The notes under the pieces are model-generated. The model did no database searches, was not told where the DNA came from, and saw nothing but the letters and a program-made list of their open reading frames with translations. A stretch of 64,000 bases of DNA from Octopus vulgaris (taxonomy: Eukaryota). A program made the translations under genes and the position numbers. This document shows positions 52,399 through 64,000 of this stretch, piece after piece. Each line of letters opens with the position of its first letter. Positions within the stretch are counted from its first letter, which is position 1. The stretch spans positions 105,462,001 to 105,526,000 of the forward strand of contig OX597822.1 of assembly GCA_951406725.2 (NCBI GenBank), read 5' to 3'.

Positions 52399-53001
52399 TT
52401 TGAGTAACTGTTAACGTAATTTACTTCAATGTATGGATGGATTTATTTTAAACTTTAACCTCCTCGTATTTCAAGTAGCCATTTAAGTCGCTTTGTGATC
52501 GTGTGTGCACCAAATCACACGTGCGAGTATGCTTACATTTTCGTGGATGCATGTATGAGCGAGTATACACGCACCATGCAGCTTGCACGAGGACGTTTAT
52601 GCATCCCTATCTGTTAATTTTTACTTGTAATACTTTTCTCGGTGTATTGCGTGTTCAGTTCTTTTTTGCATATATAATTCTTTTTTTTTTTTTTTTTGAT
52701 CTTTTATATAAATGAAGCCATTTCCTTCGTTTCGCTACTTTTTTTTTTTCCTACGAAATGAGAAGATACGTTGCGGAACTGTTATTTTACCGAGTTGCAT
52801 GTATCTGTCGCTCGATGAGACACATCTACGCCGCCGGATGCCCCTGAAGCAGTTGTTAACTATGTCTCCCGTGAGGAATCGATGCTAAATGTGTCACAAT
52901 AACTGCCGTGTTTAATAAAAATTCTCGTATATTCCATTTTCCGTCTTTCATTTATCATATACTCTCTCTGTCTCCCTCTCTCTCTCTATATATATATATA
53001 T

Positions 53002-53045
<44 letters not shown>

Positions 53046-53082
53046 GTATGTGCGTATATGTATGTGTGTATGTATGCGTATA

Positions 53083-53142
<60 letters not shown>

Positions 53143-53161
53143 TTGGGAGAAAGAGGGATAA

Positions 53162-53243
<82 letters not shown>

Positions 53244-54483
53244 GTATTTGTGGAAAGAAAAGAAGGAACGACTATATATGTTGGATATTTCCACTCTGAC
53301 TGGAGTCTCGCCAGCCAGTACCTGCCTTCCTTAACCAGCCATTGTTGACATACTTACTGATGTTGGTGGCCAAAGTAAACGAACTGGCTAGATCAATTTT
53401 CGTATTTTAATATAATCAACCTACTATAGTTACTACCCATGACCCGCTGTATATCATGAACATCTTTCCTGCAAATCCTATACATTTTAGTACACTTTAT
53501 CGATTCCCTAGATTATTAATTTTGAAGTTTTGAGTCTTTCTTGCTTTGTCTTTGTTAAAAGTTCATTAGAATTAAGTTCTTTCTTTGTAATGTGCTATTG
53601 TTCCTAAACAGGCTTAGGATGGTTGAATGATTAAGAAGCCCACTTTGCAACAGTGAGAGCTCGGGTTCGTTCCCAATCTGTGGCATTTTGTGAAAGTATC
53701 GTTTTTCTATAGTCTATGTTCGAACATAAAATTTTCAGTGAAATTGCGTTGAGGGAAACTAAAAAGAAGCCAGTGAGTGGATTGTACCTGTAATTCGAAA
53801 GCCATAGCTTTATGACACTCACTGAGTAATGCCGATTTCACCAGAGATTTACATTAAATTTTCACGAGTCTGTACAATAGTTAGTCATTTATAAACTAAT
53901 TTAGGGAGTAGGTATTTCTCTTGTTCTAACGACTGAAGCCTCATCGTCTAACGACGGAGATCCACCACTATTCCCAACTGTTGTTCAATCCAGCCATTAT
54001 TCCACAACTGTTGTTCAACCCAGCTACAGAGCTGAAGATCTCTAAAGTGTACACGAATATAATTATAATAAAAAAAATTATAATTAAATTTGTACAAGTA
54101 CACTTGACACGGTAGCACCATAGCGTTTATGGAATTATTTCCATTAATAACATTTTAAAAAAAAAATGTGTATATGCTAGAGAAACACAGTTTTATTTCG
54201 TGGAAGAGAAACATGGTTTTATTTGTTACCGAATTATTTGCGGAGTTACTTGCCATCTGTTCAATTTCAATAGAGTTTCATTAGATTACCACGGTTATCT
54301 ATGAGTATTGAAGTCAAAGGTCTTACGTTTAGACACGAACCAGCCACACATTCCGGGAAATATTTTCCGTATTACAGCGTTTTATATGGTAAAAATGTAC
54401 AACAATACTAAAGCACAAATAAATGATACTACATCACATTCAGCCTAACATGGTAGTAGGGATGATATTAGCAGTTTCAGCCA

Positions 54484-54534
<51 letters not shown>

Positions 54535-54556
54535 TTTTAATTTTTGTCTTTATAAA

Positions 54557-54943
54557 TCTACCTATATATAAAGCTGAAGTTGTCTGTGTATGGCAGGTTT
54601 GGTGGCCTTCAACTAACACTATTTCCTCCGAGACCCTGCGCCGCAAGTTGACCAAAATTGAGAGTATGATAGAAGCCTTGCTCTTCCTTCCGTAGAAGAA
54701 AAAATTCAAATCGGACCATGTTAACACCAAAAATTATTTACATCAAAAAGGTGCTTTTTTCTATGAAAATCCCTATTTTTTACGATTGTTTGACTGCTGT
54801 GTCGCCATTTTCGGTGTATTTCAACCAGAAAAATGTTCACTTAAAGAGAATAACAAGCTAAAATAGGCAAAATATTTACTTTTCAAAAATTCCAATTTTA
54901 AAGGGTCGAAACAAACCCGAGCAACGCCGGGCGATACTGCTAG
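54557..54943 (+). mobile_element. Non-autonomous Helitron
   Basis: Starts TC (TCTACCTATATATAAAGCTG), ends CTAG, has the subterminal hairpin CCCGAGCAACGCCGGG (54916-54931), and is inserted between A and T without a TSD. Confidence 0.85.
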
Positions 54944-55457
54944 TACATATATATATATATTGCTGACACTTCTTAAGTTCTCGAGTTTGAAATTTCCACA
55001 GCGGGTATTGGGACTGAAGCAAAGAGATAAGGCGTAAATATATTGATATAGTCTGTAGGAATTTTCGTTTGTACATTCGAGGAAATTTCTATCAAATAAT
55101 AAAACTGTAATAAAGGGAGTTAAATGTGATTGACACAGGTGGCTTATTTTATCGTGGGGTGTTACTCGTCATTTAACGAGCAACGTGGGAAGTATACAGG
55201 GAACATGTTACACATACATTAATTATAATATTTTTTCATTAGTTAGAGAAAATCATGAAATGAACACGAATATCGAAGGGAAAAATATCTATAGTTTTAA
55301 AATAAGATTAAATAAACCAGTATACATGTCGAAAAAACAATGAATAGGAAATTACTGTCCGTGATAAGGTTTTTTTTTACTTTGGAAGTTCACATTCACT
55401 CAACCTCATCACTCTCTCCTTCTCTCTCTCTCTCTCTCCCTCCTTCTTTCTCTCCGT

Positions 55458-55489
<32 letters not shown>

Positions 55490-55577
55490 GTATGTGTATG
55501 TGTGTGTGTGTGTGTGTGTGCGTGTGTATGCTACTGTGTCACCCTGAAACGAACATATTTCCACACATTAACACACG

Positions 55578-55630
<53 letters not shown>

Positions 55631-55671
55631 GTGTGTGTATAGAACCTCTCGTACTCCTTCCCCCCACTCTG

Positions 55672-55725
<54 letters not shown>

Positions 55726-56515
55726 GTGTGTGTATAGGCCCTCTCCTACTCCTTTTCTCTCCACTCTGTTAATATAATTCTCTCTCATTGTATGTGGTGC
55801 GTTCATTTACCCATCGCCCCCAACAAGGCCTAGGATATTCCTTTACTCTGCACCTCTTCTATTAACTCTCTCCTCATATCTATATTCCTTACTCTTTTCC
55901 TATGTGCGATGTAAATTTTGACTAGACACCCAACCAACCAACCAACTAGGCAACCAACATACATTTCGGTTACTATTATAGAGAGATAATCACCGTTTAT
56001 TCATAAACACTAATGCAAATGGCTGACGTTTTTTAAGCAAGCAAATATTCAACGTTTTATTTTATAAAACATAGAACTAAATAGAATTTTCCTATATAAT
56101 ATTCCATTTAAGTATAATTTTGCTGGCCACGTAAAAAAAAAACAATAAATAGGTTGTTAATTATATTTGGTAGATATTTTCACCTCATATTTATATACCA
56201 TTTAATATCACAAACAGTTATTGCACCATCATAAAAGTATACTATTATATATTGTATATTATTATCGCCCTCTTTCTTTCTCCTCTCTTCTCCCCTCTCT
56301 CACTCTCTCTCTCTCTATCTCTTGCTTCATAACAACAAAGAAATCAATCAGTTAATCAATAAATCACTATTTATCTAACGCAATAATGATAGCTGACAAT
56401 TACCTAATATATTTCACCCATCAATAAGTACATACATATAGATACCTCTACGTATTCGCATGCATACGCTCATACAAGGACTCACGCACATTTATATACA
56501 GAGAAAGAGAGGAAG

Positions 56516-56552
<37 letters not shown>

Positions 56553-57534
56553 ATTGGAGGGGAGAGGGAGAGAGGGATACAAGGATGAGTCATTACTTAT
56601 CCGCAATGTTTTTATGATTTTTTTTTTCCTTTGGCGGGAAAACCATTTTCACGTGCACCATTTGACTAAAATAAAATATGACTAAAAGAATCTGTATCTA
56701 TGTGCATATGTGTCTGTCTGTCTATCTATCTAGCATATTAGCTATACATGCACACACAAATACACACATACACACACACACGTACGCATGCGCACACACG
56801 CGACGCATACGTATACACACATGTACGCACGCACACACAGCGGAGTAACCCACCGTTGCCAGACAATGATTACAATAGAATGCCTTTCTACCATCGTCTC
56901 TCATAGCATGTCATCCCTGACGAATGCAAGTCTTGGTCAGGACGGAATTTTGCATTATTTGGAGGCAGCCGGGCGAGTTTTCGTTTTTCCATTTGGTGCA
57001 TAGATGTAAAGGTTTTTCTTACTTCCTACTGTCGAGTATCCAGCGTAAAACTGACCATAGGCGTAGCAAGTCTCTTCATGGTGTAAAACTGGCAACAGAA
57101 AATATCTGCTTTTGAGATTCGTTGATGATTGTGGCAAAACTAAAACTCACTGGAAATTGAAATTGCTTCAATTGAAATGAGAACTCGTCGAATGAATTTG
57201 TGAGCCGATGCTCTTTTGTTCGTATTATCTGCTTGATGCATTCAATCAGAAAACCCAGAAAACGGGTTTTGAAAGTTCGAATTTTCTGCGTAACAGCACT
57301 CTATCACAAAATGGAAGCAAATATTACAGTGAGGAAGTTTTAAACTATATGAAAGCAATTACACGTCATATCAAAAGAGAAAGAGGGGGAGGAAGAGAGA
57401 GAGAAGGATTAGTAATTCTATATATAGAGAGAGGGAGAAAGAATAAAAGAAAGAAATTTAGCAATCTAAAAGTTAAGTTACGTTTATGAATTTGTTTTCT
57501 AAGATTTCTGAAGTAAAATCGGGTTTTGGAACAG

Positions 57535-57815
57535 ATATTGTTATATTTCGGAATGGTCGTTTTCGTTTTTTTTTCTTGTTGCCATTTTTTACTTTTTAAT
57601 TTTCTGTTTTTTTTGCCAAATAAACACACGCACTATATATTCGTTCTTTAACAAGATTTATCATTGTTCTTACAAGATCTTCAGACAAAATACAATAAAA
57701 TAGGAACAATAAAAAAACCTGAAGAGAATAACGAATATATAGTGCGTGTTGTTTATTCGCCATCCCTCCAAAAATAAAGCGAGAGATAAAAATGATATTC
57801 CCGAAGTATCAAATA
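57535..57815. mobile_element. Diverged inverted pLTR-pair mini-element (family of 9720 and 28262)
   Basis: AATAAACACACGCACTATATATTCGTT / AACGAATATATAGTGCGTGTTGTTTATT inverted arms. Shares ACACACGCACTATATAT and TATTT.GGAATGGTC with 9720-9790. Confidence 0.55.
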
Positions 57816-58214
57816 AAAGTTAACTTATTTCCCATTTCAAATTATATTGTTATTATTTTTTACCGCAATAATGTTCTTTCCCTTTGGTAGACAGATTTCG
57901 AGAATCACATCCGGTCTTTCTTGAGGACCCACCGTTTCAAAGCATTTCGGGGCTATGCATATATACACCCTCATTTAGTACGTAAATGATAACTTCCTGA
58001 TACCTGTGATCCTTTTTTTTTGTTACATTTTTCATATTATTATGTACGCTGCTACCTACATATTAATTCATAAGCACGCTTTTTAATGGCGAGACATCGC
58101 CGAGTCTGACAAGAAAGAAAGAGGAGGATAGTAGATCCGCCTCGAGTGCTTCATTGGTACTTTCCCTATAATACAGACTTAATTCAAAACGCATAATAAA
58201 AGAAAAAGAATAAT

Positions 58215-58425
58215 TTAATATTGGTTTCAAATTTTGGTCCAAGGCCAGCAATTTTAGGAGAGGAGTCGATTACATCGCCCCACTGTTCAACTGGTACTTA
58301 TTTTAACGACCTTGAAATGATGAAAGTCAAATTTGACCTCGGTAGAATTTCAAATCAGAACGTAAAGAAATGGTCCTTAGCACTTTTCCCCCTGCGTGCT
58401 AACCATTCTGCCAACTCACCGCATT
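58215..58425 (-). mobile_element. SINE family B, alternative tail, diverged
   Basis: ACTGGTACTTATTTTAACGACCTTGAAATGATGAAAG...CATTCTGCCAACTCACCGC. Confidence 0.7.
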
Positions 58426-59272
58426 AAAGAACAACTTATTAGCTTTATTTTAATCTCATCATATTTTCGTAATTAGCTGCTATAACTTACTGAATCTTTA
58501 CAATCGAAATCGTTATCAACGTAGATTCGCGATGTTATGATATCATTGGACATTTACTATTTGCAAAGACAGCAAAAAATCTAATTTACGCATTTGTATT
58601 TTACGACGGTAATAACTACGTTATTATAAATGAGACTGTTGCCTTACATAGTCTTCTCAGTTCATAATCTTTCTCTAATCATTTCAAAAATTTATACTCT
58701 AAAACATCAATAAGCAACTTCTTGTTTGTATAGCTTGCGTCTCTTAAATATTTATAAACTTTAAGAAATGCTCAGTGAATGACTGTAGAATTTCCTGAGA
58801 ACATCCTTAATGTTATGTGGTTTTTTTTCCTTTCTGAATGTATTTTTTAATTTCCTTTCTGCTTTTTTAAAGCATCTTGCTACTACACAGATTTTCAATG
58901 AAAATGAATTAAATGAACTAATGCAATAATTACGTATTAATCAGTTTTATAAATATTTATAAACATTTCTGTTCCCTTTAAGCATTTAATCTCTAACTGC
59001 ACAAACATGATATCTTGTGATAGAAGGTAATGTAGTTCTGAAAGACCAAGCGATATCTTCAACCATTTCAGTATTTCTTATTGTTTCACTGCAAAACATA
59101 AGTACTAAATACTTTGATATGCAATAATAATGACAACAACAACAATAAAAACTATAGGCGAAGACGTGACAGCGTGGCAAGAAGCTTGCTTCCCAATGTA
59201 CGGTTCTGTGCTTGGTTCCGACTGTATGTATGTATGTACGTGTATGTGTGTGTGTGTATGTATGTATGTACA

Positions 59273-59305
<33 letters not shown>

Positions 59306-59419
59306 ATTGAGAAGGCGCAGCTCTAGCTCCATACAGCGCATCTCTCAAATTTTTCAAACTTGTCACAGTTAGACGTTTTCCAAAGTGGCAGATACCCACC
59401 GCGTTTGTTCGTAATTATT

Positions 59420-59774
59420 TTATTCTTTTATTACTTTCAGTCAGCTAGCTGCACCCATGCTAGACCACTTCTTTAAAGGGTTTTAGTTGAGGGAATCGGA
59501 TCCAGCACTTATTTTTGTAAACACACGAGCATCGGTTGACAAGCTATTATGCGGGGAAAAACACACACACATACACACAAACACACACACAAACGCACAC
59601 ACGTAAATATATATATATATATGTATATACTTTATTTAAAGCAGCAGAAAATTCAACAAAACATGTTACTCTGAGTTTCCCGTTGTCGTTAATCGGACAG
59701 TTTTTCTAGCAAATACCACTGGTATTTGATTACTCTTTTTTCCACCTTGTTTCACATTTATGTGTTTACTCCGT

Positions 59775-59806
<32 letters not shown>

Positions 59807-59902
59807 GTATATGATATACGACGGGCGTCTTTCACTTCCCGTCTACGAAATACACTCGCAAAGCTTTGGTAGGCCTGAGGCTATAGTTGAAGCCACTTGC
59901 CT
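59420..59902 (-). mobile_element. Old SINE family A copy, interrupted
   Basis: Recognisable blocks AGCATCGGTTGACAAGC and TACGACGGGCGTCTTTCACTTCCCGTCTAC...GAGGCTATAG. Confidence 0.6.
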
Positions 59903-60306
59903 GCGGAAGTTGAAGTCAGAACTTATTCAAAGCTTAAATAGATAAATAGATTCCGCAAGACTTCTTCTCCGTCACCCTAACATATTTCCTAACTTCACAT
60001 CCTGAAATGGACCTTTATTAAATGGAGATGTTGACACCTGCTGGATTTGAACTCAAAAATTCCTCTACAAATACCGTAAATATGTACAACGTAATGCTTT
60101 AGCGATTGCGGCAATTCAACGCTTTTTTCCCCAGACATAAATTACCTCCTGATCATATTTAATAAATATATCTGTTAAGCTGTTTCTTTCAGAAGTGTAC
60201 ACGTTAATGTGTTGAAAGCCTTATCAGATATTCAATTTGTATACAGACATAAATAAAACGCAAATATAACAAAACAGATATAAAATGTTGTAAATTCTAT
60301 TTAGAC

Positions 60307-60318
60307 ATTATTATTATT

Positions 60319-60393
<75 letters not shown>

Positions 60394-60525
60394 ACCCCAC
60401 CACCACCACCACACACCACTACTACTATTATTATTAATATTATTATTACTATTATTATTATGATTATTATTATTATTATTATTATGATTATTATTATTAT
60501 TATTAATATTATGATTATTATTATG

Positions 60526-60558
<33 letters not shown>

Positions 60559-60658
60559 ATTATTGTTATTATCATTATTATTATCATTATTATTATTATC
60601 ATTATTATAATTATTATTATTATTGTTATTATTATTGTTATTATCATTATTATTATTA

Positions 60659-60694
<36 letters not shown>
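60307..60694. repeat. (CTA)n/(TTA)n compound microsatellite
   Basis: Directly visible. Confidence 0.95.
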
Positions 60695-60695
<1 letters not shown>

Positions 60696-61324
60696 ATTGA
60701 TATAACGAATCAATTAATCCCAGTCTGTAATTACAAAACATTGATTCCCTATGGAAAGTATGAAAATCCTTAGTCTCGCTGAGCTGATACAGTTGTTATT
60801 ACCCCCGAATTTTTATAAGGCTGTATAACTCTAGCTAAACAATCTCGTAAAGAATTGCGCGTCAATGAATTGCTTTCCGTTTGATAGTCATAAAAAGAAA
60901 AAAAAAAAAGAACTTTCATGCGATCAAAGATTGTTTTATCAGAAGGGAAATTAGACATCAAACTGATATTCATTAAGACTATAAATGAATAAAAACATAA
61001 AATATCACACAACAGGAAATTAAATGTTAATTCTATTATTCTTCCCGAATCATGTCATGTAGAAGAGGGAATACCCTTCCATTTCAATTGCTTAGCGATT
61101 CTTCAATGCCTTTTTCTTTAAAAACTGTCTTTGTTTTACTATCCGATATTTTCGAATCAATTCTCTGAATGTATTTAAATGGATCATATAAGTAGGGAGT
61201 TTTCACATCGTGAAAATTTAATCCTTTATTCAGAATTAAAAGAACGTATAGGGCCGTATTTATCACTTCTTTTCTTAGCGTTAAGTGATTATCAGATAAA
61301 TCTTTGGATTAGAGAGCTGGTGCG

Positions 61325-62004
61325 TTTCAGGTACATGTGTCTCTAAAAGAATCAACACAAATGGTACAGCAGAAGTGACACGAAACTTTGACATCCTAGC
61401 TGCTTGTCTGGGACACTAATAGCGTCTTTCTAAATTCTACAAATGTCAACACAAGAAATATTTTATCCAAAATGAGGAAAACAAACTCTTAGCAGCACAT
61501 TAGAATATTCTTTAAACAGATTTTTCAGTATTTTCACCAGAAATTGTTATTTCAGGTACATGTGTCTCTAAAAGAATCAACACAAATGGTACAGCAGAAG
61601 AGATACGAAACTTTGACATCCTAGCTGCTTGTCTGGGACACTAATAGCGTCTTTCTAAATTCTACAAATGTCAACACAAGAAATATTTTATCCAAAATGA
61701 GGAAAACAAACTCTAAACAGCACATTAGAATATTCTTTAAACAGATTTTTCAGTATTTTCACCAGGAATTGTTATTTCAGGTACATGTGTCTCTAAAAGA
61801 ATCAACACAAATGGTACAGCAGAAGAGATACGAAACTTTGACATCCTAGCTGCTTGTCTGGGACACTAATAACGTCTTTCTAAATTCTACAAATGTCAAC
61901 ACAAGAAATATTTTATCCAAAATGAGGAAAACAAACTCAACTCTAAACAGCATATTAGAATATTCTTTAAACAGATTTTTCAGTATTTTCACCAGAAATT
62001 GTTA
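61325..62004. repeat. Tandem triplication of a 225-bp unit
   Basis: TTTCAGGTACATGTGTCTCTAAAAGAATC recurs at 61325, 61550 and 61775; the units are nearly identical. Confidence 0.95.
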
Positions 62005-62331
62005 GTTCCGTCATTTCAAATCACTTCAAAGTTGCTATGAAAACTTTTAGTCAAATAATATTATGAAAGCTTTTAATAACTTTCGGTTTTGCTGTCCAAC
62101 TGTTATAGCAACCGTCTTTATTAGTTAAGCAGCTTTTCCAATTTATTTGTTGATTTATCACGCAATAAAATTTCTGCGAAACTCGACCTAAATCTGCTAA
62201 AAACATTTTTTAATCTCATTTACATTAATGGAAAAATGTCTTTTAGCTTTTTTTTGATGGTTTCAAACATCTATTTATAGAAAAACTTTTGAAAATTTTA
62301 AAGAGGATATAAAAGTAAATTATTTAAGTAT

Positions 62332-62379
<48 letters not shown>

Positions 62380-64000
62380 GATTAGGTTTCAGAGACCTGC
62401 ATGTATAATAATATATCGTACGATATATATTTCTATGAATAAGGCTTAAATTCCAATTGAATTGATGAATCATCGTAAACTTTCAAACCATGATATTTCT
62501 TTTTTTTTCCTATTTATGATTATTTGTCAACTAACTTCTACGTCAATCACCTCACTGAATCCTGAAGTACCCTTTAAGTATAAAACTTTATACAATGGCC
62601 ATGTATGCTGCACTTGATTGGAACTCGTATTTATTGAATACCATACGTTATCCTAAGATCAGCCTTATAAATAATGCAGTTCTTTGGAAATCGTAAGAAC
62701 AATGTTACATATCTCTCGTTCCTTTTCATCTTCAACTTCCGGTTCATGAGACTCTTAAATGATCTGCACCTACCTCATCTGCACGCTCCATATTTTTAAC
62801 ATTTTAAAACCTTCTTCAAACTCGTTTTTTAAAGCCAAAGAAATGTTATCCCAATCGGCTCCGGATTAAGCGATCCAAAATTGTAGCAAACAGTTTATTA
62901 TGTTTGTAACAGAAATGATGCTAAACTTTGTAGCAAGTATTCATATCTGCCATATAGTAAATATGTAGTCCACAGCCAAATGTTGTACCATACTCTTATT
63001 CTTTCCTATCCTACAATAGTTATCTGCTCTTAAGAAATTTCTGTGGTTCTTAGATTCGTTTAAAGGTGATAATTACTATTTTGTTTTTGTGTTTTACTTC
63101 CACTCACGTCTCTATACAGCATTAAAGTATACGGATTACTGCCGTTGAATCATTATGAATAAATTAACTATTAGGGGTGTATGAGGAGCAGACTTCAAAA
63201 CTATAACCTCTCTAAGGGTAATGCTCAACAACATATAAGACAAAGTTCAGAAAAGGAATGAGAATAAAAGTTAAACAAGAGAAATTCGTTATCTAACTTA
63301 CACTAACCTATTCACGGTGCATTTTAACTTTCAAAACCATTCAGCCAATCATCTCACTATTTTAAGATAGAATGTACTGATGAAGTATGAATCGAATATT
63401 TTCTAGACATAATACATAGTATATACATAATTCTTTATCTACTTTAACCAAGACGAATTTTACAATAGGTGGATACATGAATATTCTCACTTTTTCACTA
63501 ATAGAATTATGTATCTAAAACATTTCTTTCGCGGAAACAAAGTTATGAAGCAGTCAACTAGAAATCACTGTTTTTTTTTTCATTTGGTTAAAAAAAGAAC
63601 ATCTATGGCCCAGAAAAAATATAAATCTTGATTCATTATCGCAATTCTTTATTACATTGACTATTGGTTCACGGAACCCTTTTCCATTTCCAGTCAACAA
63701 TATACTAATCACATTTAACACATCTATAATCACATTTAAATATAAAAAGCAAATAAAAAACAAATGTATATTAAATTCTGAAGTCAGAATAATATCTAAG
63801 TCTATTTAAAATAAGAACAAGAATGGTCGAACGTTTCGTCAGCAACAAAAAAAAAATCGAAAGAGAGAAAAAAAATTGTATACAAAGAGTGATTCATCTA
63901 CAAATTAATTTTCTCCAAGATTTGATATTGTAATTCTTCCTTCTATGATTCGATGAATGATATCGACCTTGTTGCTAAAGAATTCAATCAACACAGTATT

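Noticed and set aside
55625-55772. Short direct duplication around (TA)n; also 53969-54026
   Set aside because: Ordinary local slippage duplications with no further structure.
61325-62004. CRISPR-like or exon-repeat array
   Set aside because: The units are wholly duplicated with no unique spacers, the context is eukaryotic, and the reading frames contain stops.
63825-63850. CTGACGAAAC on the minus strand resembling a hammerhead
   Set aside because: No stem II between the core boxes.

Overview
AT-rich, microsatellite-saturated eukaryotic non-coding DNA. The repeat content looks like an octopus/cephalopod genome; this is an inference from recalled SINE families, not a database result. I found no convincing host protein-coding exon, and most ORF-track entries are microsatellite artefacts. 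The window is dominated by retroelements. Penelope-like elements (PLEs): a nearly intact but 5'-truncated Naiad-type copy (RT + GIY-YIG, 24158-26467) with inverted pseudo-LTRs (pLTRs) carrying a type I hammerhead ribozyme, a decayed Neptune-type copy, and many solo or inverted pLTR ends. About ten hammerhead motifs are visible in total, including compensatory U3-A8 and A6U core variants. LINEs: Dong/R4-like fragments in (TAA)n, a Tx1/L1-like family in (GATA)n, and RTE and CR1-like fragments. Also present: three tRNA-derived SINE families, a non-autonomous Helitron, a diverged U6 snRNA copy and a 225-bp tandem triplication. Most notable: each microsatellite class hosts its own retroelement, the ribozyme cores co-vary, one SINE family shares its 3' tail with the Tx1-like LINE and also uses an alternative tail, and fold-back inversions recur at insertion sites.
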